DNA from: Chrysomallon squamiferum
Lineage: Eukaryota > Animalia > Mollusca
NCBI GenBank assembly: GCA_012295275.1
Contig: CM022675.1
Location: 2,356,001 to 2,420,000, forward strand
Direction of reading: 5' to 3'
DNA: 64,000 bases
The notes below the pieces were generated by a model. That model searched no databases, had not been told where the DNA came from, and saw nothing but the letters and a program-made list of their open reading frames with translations. Each line of letters opens with the position of its first letter. The stretch's first letter is position 1. Positions 1 to 14,111 of this stretch are shown here, in pieces. The position numbers and the translations under genes are program-made.

Positions 1-256
1 TGCCAAAAATGTAAGTTTTTGAAAAGCAAATCATTTATTATAATGACATTTCTTACAGAAAACAACTGTCAGTTGAATCTAAATATAAAAATTTAGATTT
101 CATATATCAATGTCACGAATTTGTTTAATTCTGTAATAATTATTTGCCTTGTAAGACTTCTGTATTTCTTAATTATTTTATCTTAGTCATCGACTAAAGT
201 AACATCACTGATAAAAAAAAAAAAATAAACGGGACAGTTGATATTTCTCAAAGAAT

Positions 257-870
257 ACAGCTGTTAAAATAATGATCATTAGTTACTTAGTAAAACCCAC
301 AATTCTGCAGTAAACCATTGTTATAATAATAATTATTAATAATTTACTTTGTGGAAATCAATAATCTGCAGCAAGCAGCTGTTATAATGATCATTATTAA
401 TAACTTACTTAGTGAAACCCAGCATTTTACAGTAAACAGCTGTTATAATAATAATTATTAATAACTTACTTAGTGAAACCCAGCATTCTACAGTAAACAG
501 CTGTTATAATAATTATTATTAATAACTTACTTAGGAAAGCCCAGCATTTTGCAGTAAACAGCTGTTATAATAATCATTATTAATAACTTACTAAGAAAAA
601 CCCAGCATTTTACAGTAAACAGCTGTTATAATAATCATAACTAATAACTTACTGAGTGAAACCCAGCATTCTACAGTAAACAGCTGTTATAATAATAATT
701 ATTAATAACTTACTTAATGAAACTCAACATTCTGCAGTAAACAGCTGTTACAATAATCTATATTAATAACTTACTTAGTAAAATCCAGCATTCTGCAGTA
801 AACAGCTGTTATAACAATCATTATTAATAACTTACTTAGTAAAACCCAGCATTCTGCAGTAAACTGCTGC
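257..870. repeat. ~61-bp minisatellite of SRCR4a exon end plus splice donor (duplicated copy)
   Basis: ~10 units of acagctgttataataatcattattaataacttacttagtgaaacccagcattctgcagtaa. Confidence 0.9.
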
Positions 871-992
871 GTTGTAATCAGTATGATATTCATCACAGAC
901 TGTGCCCCACATTCCAAGATATTTAATCTCTACTCGACCTTCTCGTTCTGAACTGCCATTAACCAGACGAATTTCAGTTTCTGCTTTATCTT
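836..992 (-). CDS. Duplicated gene A exon: SRCR4 N-terminal half
   Basis: EDKAETEIRLVNGSSEREGRVEIKYLGMWGTVCDEYHTDYNAAVYCRMLGFT; copy of 6147-6303. Confidence 0.7.
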
Positions 993-998
993 CTACAA

Positions 999-1041
<43 letters not shown>

Positions 1042-1261
1042 GAATAAGAAGAAGAAAAAGAAGAAGAAGAAGAAGAAGAATAACAATAACAGAATATACT
1101 TTTTACAAAATGATTTTCATGTAAAATAAGAGATTAAACAAGAGTTCAGCTGTGTGTTGTTTCCCTGTCTGTCTCGTGTGTAAAACAATGGACGTTATTA
1201 TCAGATGGTGAGATGACTAAGCGATGGTAGACACACAGTGACTGACATCTAAAGAGATTAC

Positions 1262-1434
1262 CAGCACACAGCAGAGCTAAACCGGGTTGATCAGTGGTGT
1301 CATCTCTAAAATCAAGGTTACACTGATTGATGTGCTTTTCCACTCCTGAACACGTGACACCTGATATCCACCGCTTAGTGTCGCTTGACGTCAGATTGTG
1401 CTCGTTCTGTCCCAGTAAGACACCCGAGTAACTC
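1262..1434 (-). CDS. Duplicated gene A exon: SRCR3 C-terminal half
   Basis: Copy of 6577-6749, AG/GT intact. Confidence 0.7.
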
Positions 1435-1632
1435 CTTGAATTAAAAATAAACAAATACTAATATTATTATTATTGAACTTTAAGCTTAAAATATTGAACA
1501 TTAGTTAACTGTAAAATACTTTTTCTTTAGATAAAAGATTTATGAATATTTTCTACAGTATTCTTTATAACTAGTAACTGTTACGTGATTTGACATTTGA
1601 CTCTTTTAGTTTTACATTTTGTGCTGACTTAC

Positions 1633-1783
1633 TCGTTAAATCCAAGCGTTCTGCACATAACTTTAGCAATCGTTACAGTGTATACAGCCTCAGTTATTTT
1701 GCCCCAGACGTTATTTTTTTTCACTTCGACTACACCATAGCTTGGTCCACCCACTAGTCGTAGTTCAATATTTGATATGTCGT
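1633..1783 (-). CDS. Duplicated gene A exon: SRCR3 N-terminal half
   Basis: Copy of 6948-7098. Confidence 0.7.
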
Positions 1784-1919
1784 CTACAAAATAAAAGTAA
1801 AAAGAAAATCACTATAATCGCAAAGAACAACGACACAGCAACAACAATAAATCAAAACGTCACCAAAATAATCATTTGGGAAAAAAAAACACACACACAG
1901 AAACAAAACAAAATGTGAG

Positions 1920-1996
<77 letters not shown>

Positions 1997-2618
1997 CAAC
2001 ATTAATAATAACAATAATAAATAATTGCCGGTTATAACAATAATAATAATAATAATACTATTGATAATAATTATGATGATGATGATGATGATGATGATGG
2101 TAATAATAATGAAAAGTCAGCACATCACTGAAAATTAGACAGTGGAATGTTTTTAAACTATCGATATATCTTTTTCATTTAACTTTAATTTTGTTTAGAT
2201 TTCGTTTATTATGATTATTATTATTATTATTCATTTTAACACCCTGTTACAGCTAATTAATGAACAATATTCTCTTTTGGGATGAGAAGAGTGAAATGCT
2301 GATATTTTTCTTTTCTTTTCTTTGTTTCTTTCTTCATTCATTCATTCATTTATTCATTCATTCCTTCATTGAACATTATATATATTAGTATTTCCTTTGA
2401 GTTATAAGAAAAAAAAAAGTCAACAACAACAAATAAAAACATTAACCTTTCTTTTGTTCTAATTTGTCTTCTCTGTAAACAACACATTAATCACGCGAAC
2501 CTGCGCAAAATTAAACAAGTAAGTGTAAAATACAATAAGAAACTGTGCTTATTCAAGAAAATTATTACTTAGAGTACCAAATTACTGAAAAGTAAACTAA
2601 TTGTTTTAACATAAATAC

Positions 2619-2770
2619 CTGAACACTTAATTTGTGCAGAATGGCAGTCACTCGCCTCATCGAGAAGTCTCAGAAAACAGAGATGAAGACCATGTTCCCA
2701 GCCTTTACACTTGACGTCATACTTGAATCTGTTATCTGTAACACTTTCACCAGCACCATAGACTTCATAT
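2619..2770 (-). CDS. Duplicated gene A exon: SRCR2 C-terminal half
   Basis: Copy of 7928-8079; only 51 nt downstream of the ZP-C3 exon and phase-incompatible with it. Confidence 0.6.
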
Positions 2771-2821
2771 CTGTGAACAGAATAACATGATGTTCACAAT
2801 TACAGAAATGATCCAACTTAC

Positions 2822-2987
2822 TGGGTTACAGAGAGATTTTTGATCTGGAGGACAAACTTTGACAGAACATTCTGTAGAGACTACATTGTTTTTGTTAAAG
2901 GTGAAAGCTTTCAACTTGAATGTGAGGTTGTTTCCAGATCTTTCAGGTTCCTGTGTCATCAATTTACCAATCTCAGACGAAGGACAA
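2822..2987 (-). CDS. Gene A exon ZP-C3
   Basis: CPSSEIGKLMTQEPERSGNNLTFKLKAFTFNKNNVVSTECSVKVCPPDQKSLCNP; ZP-C F-x-x-x-AF-x-F...C-x-V-x-x-C signature; 166 nt, phase 2 to 0. Confidence 0.9.
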
Positions 2988-5497
2988 CTGAAAAAAGAAA
3001 CAATATTATGCTCCAGTCACGACAAAGCATCATTTACCTTTAATTACTTGCTTTCTAAGAAACTAATCGTGCGATGTAAAGCAGATATTTTATTTATAAA
3101 TGTGTACGCTGATCACTTTTGCGCACGAATGACTGTTTTCTGTGGAAAGATCTACTTATTTCAATCAGAAGGCTGAGTGTATTCATTAATTATGTCTCAA
3201 CAAATAAACCGTCAGCTCAAAAATGAAACCATTGTTTTCACGAATTACAATTTGCATTGTCTAATCATCTAAGTCTATTGAACGATTGTAGACATCGTTT
3301 ACGGACAAATAATTAAAAAAATTTGACAAAACATTCAAATTCTAGAAATAATCTCCAGCATAAATAAATATCGTTGTGCGAAACCTTGTCCACTAAGCAA
3401 TATATCTACATAAACAGTTTTAAAAACTAACATTACCTGTTTTCAATGATTTTCAAAGTTTCGCTGTCTTCTCCAGTTTTCTGATTATCAGCAGTGCATG
3501 CTTCTACTCTGACAGTGCCTGATTCTAGCTCTATTTAAAATATATTATAGTATTACTATTTGTCAAAATTCTTTTTTCAGAAAAAATTATATTGTTTGCT
3601 GTGAATAACAGTCATCTTATATAAATTTATGGAAATAAATAATATAAGTATACATACTTAATTTTCAGGAAATTGAAAAATAGAAGCTTGAAACAGTTAT
3701 AAACACAAAATTGAGACAATGGACATTTCTCTGGAATTAAGGACGGAACAAATTGATCTGTGTTTTTTTAAATAGTAATAATCAAATGTTATGAATAGAA
3801 ATAATACAGTGAACCTGGCGTAAGTTGTCACTTTTAAGACCAAGATTTTTCTGACGCCTTAGAGGTATGACGAGTAATGCTAAGTGCTCATAATGATAAC
3901 TTCCACATAACTCTTCATAATAAGTACGTGTAAAGGTCAGTCGACAAAATGACGATTTATCCTACCGTGTTGTCTGAAGTATCCAAAATAATCCGCTTTG
4001 ATCGGAGTTATATATGTCTGTTGTTCAAATCTCTGGAGAATGTTCTTCAGTGTATCTGTTTTCCACACTGCTGTACTAACCCCGCCAGATTTACCAGCTT
4101 TAAGCACTTTTCCGATTCCCCATCTTTTCTTAAAACGACCAGTCCAACTGTCATTCAGTTTCTCACTATCGTCGTGACCAAGCTGCTCAGCAAAGCCTGT
4201 TGAATTTTGAAGTAGCATTTCACCACTGGTACGAAGTTCAGCTATTTGCTGAAACCATTTAATTAGCGCGGAGCGGACATCTTCAAACGTCACCTGCTTG
4301 TTGCGTTTCATGCCACCTTTTCTTGAACCCGGGATGTTAAACCTTCTCGATGACGTGGGTCACTTTAGATTTATTTTTTAAAATGTGATTTATTGTTGTG
4401 TGGGGTGATCTTGAACCTCTCCGCAACCAGACTGTTTTTCCCGTCACGACTGGCTTTACAATACTTAATTATTTCATATTTCTTCTAATAAGAATTCGTT
4501 ATTAACTGACTCTTTCCACTAGTAGCCAGTTTGAACACTAAACAAGTCACTCTCCAAATATTATGTTAATTCAGCCTGCCCACGAACGAGGGAAGTCACG
4601 TACACATCAATATCCCAACGCACTTAACCTGTCTACATCGGTGCAAATAGCTTGATTTAGCGACACTGTTTTAAAGAAACACTTTATTGATTTTTCAACG
4701 AAACAGTTTATTGACTTTTACTGGAAACGGTTTGTATGTATGTACACAACATTGGAGGGATTAACTGCTGATGACTTAGAAACTAACTGTGTTACTTGGG
4801 ACCACGCGTCAGGGGACGACGTACGTGTTTTGACGACTTGGATTTAACGACTTAGACATCGACATTTTATTGGAAACAGCTTACAGAACATCGGCGGTTT
4901 CGCTGAGGTCCCGACTTCAAAGCGGATCAGGCGAGCTTTACTGTATTACTTATAATATTGTACAATATGGTACAAACAACATATAACTATTAAAATTAGA
5001 AATATAAACATTGACAAATATTTAGTCTTACCCGCACATATCACACCAGCATCGTCTGCATGGTCACACAAATGGTTGCCCCACTGAAAATAGCACTGTT
5101 CCAGACTGGTTTCGTTTCCCAAACAGGTTATAAACTGAAGAAATATAGGTCCTGAACCTCTACCATAAGAGCCACCTCGAACTGCTTTTGCATTTGAGCT
5201 GTAAAACATGTCTTCCTTCATTTTTTGGTATCACTTTTGTTTTGTTTATTTATTTACTTTTTTCTTTGTTAATTTTACTCGCATTTCTGCCAAAAATGTA
5301 AGTTTTTGAAAAGCAAATAATTTATTATAATGACATTTCTTACAGAAAACAACTGTCAGTTGAATCTAAATATAAAAATTTAGATTTCATATATCAATGT
5401 CACGAATTTGTTTAATTCTGTAATAATTATTTGCCTTGTAAGACTTCTGTATTTCTTAATTATTTTATCTTAGTCATCGACTAAAGTAACATCACTG

Positions 5498-5538
<41 letters not shown>

Positions 5539-6335
5539 AACGGGACAGTTGATATTTCTCAAAGAATACAGCTGTTAAAATAATGATCATTAGTTACTTA
5601 GTAAAACCCACAATTCTGCAGTAAACCATTGTTATAATAATAATTATTAATAATTTACTTTGTGGAAATCAATAATCTGCAGCAAGCAGCTGTTATAATG
5701 ATCATTATTAATAACTTACTTAGTGAAACCCAGCATTTTACAGTAAACAGCTGTTATAATAATAATTATTAATAACTTACTTAGTGAAACCCAGCATTCT
5801 ACAGTAAACAGCTGTTATAATAATTATTATTAATAACTTACTTAGGAAAGCCCAGCATTTTGCAGTAAACAGCTGTTATAATAATCATTATTAATAACTT
5901 ACTAAGAAAAACCCAGCATTTTACAGTAAACAGCTGTTATAATAATCATAACTAATAACTTACTGAGTGAAACCCAGCATTCTACAGTAAACAGCTGTTA
6001 TAATAATAATTATTAATAACTTACTTAATGAAACTCAACATTCTGCAGTAAACAGCTGTTACAATAATCTATATTAATAACTTACTTAGTAAAATCCAGC
6101 ATTCTGCAGTAAACAGCTGTTATAACAATCATTATTAATAACTTACTTAGTAAAACCCAGCATTCTGCAGTAAACTGCTGCGTTGTAATCAGTATGATAT
6201 TCATCACAGACTGTGCCCCACATTCCAAGATATTTAATCTCTACTCGACCTTCTCGTTCTGAACTGCCATTAACCAGACGAATTTCAGTTTCTGCTTTAT
6301 CTTCTACAAAATAATAATAATAATAATAATAATAA

Positions 6336-6366
<31 letters not shown>

Positions 6367-7247
6367 AAGAAGAAGAAGAAGAAGAAGAAGAAGAATAACA
6401 ATAACAGAATATACTTTTTACAAAATGATTTTCATGTAAAATAAGAGATTAAACAAGAGTTCAGCTGTGTGTTGTTTCCCTGTCTGTCTCGTGTGTAAAA
6501 CAATGGACGTTATTATCAGATGGTGAGATGACTAAGCGATGGTAGACACACAGTGACTGACATCTAAAGAGATTACCAGCACACAGCAGAGCTAAACCGG
6601 GTTGATCAGTGGTGTCATCTCTAAAATCAAGGTTACACTGATTGATGTGCTTTTCCACTCCTGAACACGTGACACCTGATATCCACCGCTTAGTGTCGCT
6701 TGACGTCAGATTGTGCTCGTTCTGTCCCAGTAAGACACCCGAGTAACTCCTTGAATTAAAAATAAACAAATACTAATATTATTATTATTGAACTTTAAGC
6801 TTAAAATATTGAACATTAGTTAACTGTAAAATACTTTTTCTTTAGATAAAAGATTTATGAATATTTTCTACAGTATTCTTTATAACTAGTAACTGTTACG
6901 TGATTTGACATTTGACTCTTTTAGTTTTACATTTTGTGCTGACTTACTCGTTAAATCCAAGCGTTCTGCACATAACTTTAGCAATCGTTACAGTGTATAC
7001 AGCCTCAGTTATTTTGCCCCAGACGTTATTTTTTTTCACTTCGACTACACCATAGCTTGGTCCACCCACTAGTCGTAGTTCAATATTTGATATGTCGTCT
7101 ACAAAATAAAAGTAAAAAAGAAAATCACTATAATCGCAAAGAACAACGACACAGCAACAACAATAAATCAAAACGTCACCAAAATAATCATTTGGGAAAA
7201 AAACAAAAAAAAACAAAACAAAATGTGAGGTTAAAATAAAATGTAAG

Positions 7248-7303
<56 letters not shown>

Positions 7304-9808
7304 CAACATTAATAATAACAATAATAAATAATTGCCGGTTATAACAATAATAATAATAATAATACTATTGATAATAATTATGATGATGATGATGATGATG
7401 ATGATGGTAATAATAATGAAAAGTCAGCACATCACTGAAAAAATTAGACAGTGGAATGTTTTTAAACTATCGATATATCTTTTTCATTTAACTTTAATTT
7501 TGTTTAGATTTCGTTTATTATGATTATTATTATTATTATTCATTTTAACACCCTGTTACAGCTAATTAATGAACAATATTCTCTTTTGGGATGAGAAGAG
7601 TGAAATGCTGATATTTTTCTTTTCTTTTCTTTGTTTCTTTCTTCATTCATTCATTCATTTATTCATTCATTCCTTCATTGAACATTATATATATTAGTAT
7701 TTCCTTTGAGTTATAAGAACAAAAAAAGTCAACAACAACAAATAAAAACATTAACCTTTCTTTTGTTCTAATTTGTCTTCTCTGTAAACAACACATTAAT
7801 CACGCGAACCTGCGCAAAATTAAACAAGTAAGTGTAAAATACAATAAGAAACTGTGCTTATTCAAGAAAATTATTACTTAGAGTACCAAATTACTGAAAA
7901 GTAAACTAATTGTTTTAACATAAATACCTGAACACTTAATTTGTGCAGAATGGCAGTCACTCGCCTCATCGAGAAGTCTCAGAAAACAGAGATGAAGACC
8001 ATGTTCCCAGCCTTTACACTTGACGTCATACTTGAATCTGTTATCTGTAACACTTTCACCAGCACCATAGACTTCATATCTGTGAACAGAATAACATGAT
8101 GTTCACAATTAGAGAAACAAAAATAGCAATGCTGTTGATGATTATGATGATGATGATAATAATAAAACACTCACGGAGATGATTTTCGAAAGTGGCTAAG
8201 GAAACTGTTTTCGTAATATATATACATATTTTCCATAAAATCATTTTTCAAAATATAATTAATTTTGCAGAAAGGTTAATTGCAGATTTTCTTAATGAAT
8301 TATCTAACAACTTTCCACCGAAGGGTGTGTGTATGAAATACATGACATTTTCATTTCACATACAAACAAAAATAAAAAATAAAATAGATTCATGATTTTT
8401 TTTTTTTTTTTACAGATTTATACTTTATATGTTCTTGCATGAGTGACTAAATTAACTTGTCACTTTCCCTGCATCGATAGTATTGACATCTACAGAAAAA
8501 TGATCTCCACGAGACGCCATTTTGAAAATAGCCAGCACTGGGTTCTTGCAGTGACACTTTCTTTGGTGTAAATCAACGTATTGGTCTCATTTCACTAAGT
8601 AATCCTATATTTTGTTGGTTGTAGATTTTAGTTTAAACATTTCTGTACATGGCAAACTATTCTAATTAAATAACTCTCAGATACAATCACAATGGCAGCA
8701 GCTGCAAATTAGAAACAATACTTTTACGAGTCTTAGCTGACGAAAGAACTTAATATTACTGTGTAATCAGATGCTTCACATGTTAAAATGAAACAGATGA
8801 AATATTTTAAATTGAAACAAATCTCTCTTAGAAATATGGAGGAAGGTAGAAGTAGTTAATGTGAAAATGCTACAAAGCTAACTTTGATTTTAGGATTGCT
8901 TACATACTTTGCCAACTGCCTTGGGATATGAGTTATACCTGCAGTTGTTTCTATTTCTAATCATGTGGAAGATTCAAGCTACATGTTCTTCAGTTTAGAA
9001 TGACTGTCATTTACAATATTGTTAAAAAATTATACTGTGTTTCAGGTTTCCTTAGAAATATTTAAACTGATATCTCTGCTTCTTCTTGTAAACGCAGGCC
9101 GTCCAAAACATTTCATCTGATGATTTTCATTTTTATTTTAGATTTTTTTCTATGCAATATTTGCAAATATATACTGTTTTCGCTGTGAGATCTTGTTTAC
9201 AAAGCTTGCTCTGTTGTTTTTGTATCTACCTGGATACACGTAGCTGAAGTTTTACACAAACATGAGTATGTGTTAGTTAACTTTGTACAACAACTCCAGT
9301 GCCACGTTTCACAAGTATAGACAGTCATTATTAGAACGAAGGCTCATTTCATTTCAGCATCTTGTTTCCATAGACGTTTTGTGGCAATTGTCAAACTCAG
9401 TTGTTTCCTGAATGACAGATACGCCTGTCAGTTGAAAGACTCAAAGATAATAAACTATACTATACTAATCTTATTATAATGACAAATATATAAACAAAAC
9501 AAGTGTTACTATTATCCATACATTATACAATTTTGAAATTTAAAAAGGCATACTAACTGTCCGTAATCAAGTTGCCTGCATACAGCTTCAGCCAGATTGT
9601 TTTCCCATGTGTTTGGTTGACACAGAGTTTTCCAGTTTCCATCATCAAATACCTGAAGTTTTCCTTCTTGTTTGTTCTTCCCACCCACCAGCTGCAGCTT
9701 GTATGGAGTAGGATTTTCTGTTACAGTGGAAACATTAAAAAACAACAACACACAAATGTAATTTAATTACAGCTTGCAGTTACTGAATATTATGATTCCT
9801 TTTTTCTT

Positions 9809-9841
<33 letters not shown>

Positions 9842-9982
9842 ATTATTACTGTTGTTGTTACTATTATTATGTATATGTAAAAGTACAGAGGCAGACATGG
9901 ACACACATACACTCACACACGCACACACATATATTTTGCCTCCATTATTACAAATAACATTGTATCTTTCGTTTTATTATTG

Positions 9983-10046
<64 letters not shown>

Positions 10047-10315
10047 TTTTTGTCAACTGAATGAACATAAAACTATCATATAATCCTTAATTCATAAATA
10101 ATGTAACACGATTTGTTAATTTTTGTTTTTATTTTTTATTCCATTCCACTAAATGTTTATTCCCCTTGCGATTAATTTCACGGAATGATAAAGTATATCA
10201 CTAACCTCTCATTATGGTTATTTAAAAATTATCAAACTAATTCGTATTTAGTTCCTTCGGATAAATATATCAGATAGTGATATCAGAATAGAAAAATGCA
10301 TTGCGTGACAATCTG

Positions 10316-10366
<51 letters not shown>

Positions 10367-11207
10367 CAGAACTAAAGTAGAAATCCTAGAAACAAGTTCC
10401 TCTCATTATTTTTAACGAAGTCGGAATGACCTATTGTTACTCATTAAGTGGTTTTAAAACAAAAGGAATGCGTCTTCCATTAACTTTTTCTAGTTTGCTT
10501 TCACGTTACTCTTTCATCTTATGTTTTCCTGTGTAATATTTTCAGTGGATATATTTGTTCATTGCACACATGCTTAGTGAAATCTTTCAAGAAGTGTTTT
10601 AATCCATTACCATCAAGTGAAGCACGATTTTAGTGAATGAATACGTTTAGTCGTAAATAAATGGTGTGTCATGTACGGTATGAAATTATATCACTAGATA
10701 TCAAGTGATTCTCTTTAGTCCTTGCTGATTGCTTGTGCTGTCACGTGATATGATGCGCCAAAAGTTCAGCAAATGTTTCCATTCGTCTGCCTCTTTAAAA
10801 AAGAAGTCTTTTACAGAGATAGAATTGTAATGTCGTTAAGTACATTTGATTTGTTTACGGCGATGATGATGGGTATAATAACAAAAAATAAAAATAAAAA
10901 TAACAAGAATAATAAAGATTTTTTACCATCACATATAATTCCAACATCGTCACCCCAGCAATCATTGCCGCAGTCATAGATGGTCCATTCGGTACACTCA
11001 TCCATGTTCCTTTCATGTCCATAACAGGATAACCAAAGCTGGAAAATTTTTCCAGTTCCTTCTTGGAAGAAACCCTTACCACGTGGCAAACCATATGCAC
11101 TGTTGTGTACAAACACATAAATGTATTGTTAACATAGCACTTATATATCAAAACATCGAGTGGACATATACCTCTTCTATCAGTACTGAAATATATCTCT
11201 CTGCCTG

Positions 11208-11298
<91 letters not shown>

Positions 11299-11696
11299 AT
11301 AAATAAAACTATTAAACAGACAGATAGAGAGACACACATTATAGATATATACATTTGAATGTCTGAAAATTGAATAAATATGTCTGATATCTGATTCATT
11401 ACATACGATGGAAACTATATTTTTAAAACTATTGGTTTTCTCATCAGAATAATGTCAGGAAGTATGTAGCATCTTGACTTACAGATTTCAGGAAATATTT
11501 ATAGTTTATGGAAGTTTCAGGAATTAGACATGCCTAATGATAACATATATTTCCTGTAACACATGTTTTATTCTTTAATATATTACGGTTTACTTTAGTG
11601 ATATGTTTCAATTTATTTATTTACAGTATGTAATATTTTACATAAATATGATATTTCCTTTCATATCCTTCATTTTGCTTTTGTTATCACTGCTAT

Positions 11697-11752
<56 letters not shown>

Positions 11753-14073
11753 AATAATACAATTATTGTGATTATTGTAACAAATAGTGTTTGTAATTCA
11801 CTTACTTGTTGAAACCGAGTTCCCTGCAAATCAGAGTGGCAGCATTGAAAAACATTTGGTCAATGTGCATTCTCAGCCATTTACCTTTGTAGAAAAGTTC
11901 TAATCGACCTTCTTTAGTTGTGTTACCACCAACCAGACGAGCCTTCACTTTATACGTAACGAAGGAAGAAATATATTTGTATATATACGTGTATGTGTGT
12001 GTTTGTGTGCGTCTCTCTTTCTATCTCTCTCTGTGTCTGTATATGCACACACACATATACACATACACGCACACACGCTCAGACACAGCTACAATCAAGC
12101 CCGTACTGTCAGACACGTTCTTTAAATATTTATTATTTCTAATAAATTTGAGTAAACTGAGCAGAATGAACTCATAACTCATCACTCAAAATAACTGAGA
12201 TAAATTTTCTGTTCTGGGAATCTGCCGATAAATGTTCAGGAACTGTTAATGATCAGTAACAAAACAAATTCACAGATATAAGAGAACTCTAGAGAATGAA
12301 CTGGGTTATAAACATAAAATGTATAATCCATGTCTTTATTTAATTTAGAGTACATCAACATTACCTAGCTCGATATGGGTAATTGTATTTGATACGACTG
12401 CTGTCAAATCTGAAAATAGAGACAAGAACATTGATTCACGTTTATGTTTGTTAGTCCGGAAACGTCAGTATAGCAAATTCGAAAATGCAAATTAATTTAT
12501 CACAAAATTGTTATTATATTTAAACAGAAAAAAAAAAAAAATAATAATAATTGTTCCTACTTGTAGTAAACTGAAATGTAAGTTCTTCATTTAAAGATAC
12601 AGCTGCTGATTCTGAAACTGAAGACCCGTCTTTGAGGTTGATGTTGAACTGGACAAGCGAGGAGTCTATTGAGTTGACTGTGTTTGTGATGTTCTGTCCG
12701 TTTCTGCAGAACAAACAGGATTAACATTGATACTGTTCACAGTGTTCTTAAAGTGATGCCTTTTTATTAACTAACTGATTAATTAATTAATTAATTAATT
12801 TATATATTTTATTTATTTTTGTTTCTGTAAAACTGAATAGTTGGAATACTACTACTTCTACTACTATTATTTATAATAATAATAATAATAATACTAATAC
12901 TAATACTAATAATAATAATAATAATAATAATAAAAGGCATAGCACTGACCGAGAAGCGAAACTTTTTCCAAGTTTTTGACTTTTGCACATGTGCTAATTT
13001 CTCTTTACCAAATTATGATTATTTTACTTAACCAGTACACTGTTTTAAAGATGGACGAAAAGTTCATCAACGATTGTTCTTGTTGTTGAAGGAAAACCCA
13101 TCGAATAAAGTTATTTTAACTGTTTGTATCAAAACAGTTCAAGGATAAAATGTCAGCTGACATACTTCTGCATGCTTTCAGAACAAAGATGGGTTTTGAT
13201 ACAAATTATGATTTTGGCCACGATTTTGCAGCTGTAGTTTTCGAATCGAAAGCGCGCTAGAAGTCAGACACCGCCAATGTTATGTACAGAAAATATAGGC
13301 AGAAGTATTAGCGTGTAGTGTGTAGGTTTATCGCTTCGGGCAGATCACTTGATGGTCATTGCTTTCCTGTAAGGTGGGTTCAATTCGCTACCCCTCCGTC
13401 ACGTAGGTCTATATTTTATCTTTTTAGGGGAACGATTTGCAAGTGAATTTATTGATGCACTAGGTCTATGGCTGCATTATTATTATTTCTTCATCTTCGT
13501 AAACTTATCCAGCTTGATCTTCTAGGCCGAGGCTTTTGCAATTTGGATTAAAAACAATTAGGACAGAAATTAAGATTAACATAATTTGTTCAAGGCTGGC
13601 CGATTGTTTCAGTTTCTTGTTACACTTTTCTTTCTGTACTATTATATAAAATATAAAACAAACAAAATAATAACTAACCTTTCAGTTTGTTTGGTTGTTA
13701 TCACTTTGGTGACAGTCACGGTTGTAGCACGGTTGTTTTTTTTCACAAGTGACAGAGACTTTTGTGTCGAGGTTTGTCATATACTTTTCACTGAACTGAA
13801 CGATCACATCTCGACAGCGACCTGCATTTTGCTTTAAAACGGGTCACAGTTGGAATACTCTATCAGTGTGTAACAGAACTTTGTGCAAAAACAACATGAA
13901 AACTGTTCTGTAAGTTGCTTACTGACAACAAAATTCCAAAAAGAAATTAAGCACGTAATTAATTACATATATATGTGTGTGTGTGTGTTGTGTGTTGGGT
14001 GTGTATGTGTGTGTGTGTGTGCATGTGTGTGTGTATGTGTGTGTGCGCGTGTTGTGTGTGTATGTGTGTGTGT

Positions 14074-14111
<38 letters not shown>

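Larger units (their letters stand above)
1..2802. repeat. Near-identical direct duplicate of 5288-8111 (part of gene A)
   Basis: Exons and introns match apart from microsatellite/homopolymer lengths and a few small differences; the copy runs off the window start. Confidence 0.95.

Noticed and set aside
257-870. CRISPR-like regular repeat array
   Set aside because: Units are tandem copies with no unique spacers, the context is eukaryotic, and the unit derives from an exon-intron junction.
13255-13420. GC-richer intronic tract with a possible Pol III B-box-like GGTTCAATTC
   Set aside because: No cloverleaf or second copy found; may be an old SINE but cannot be supported.
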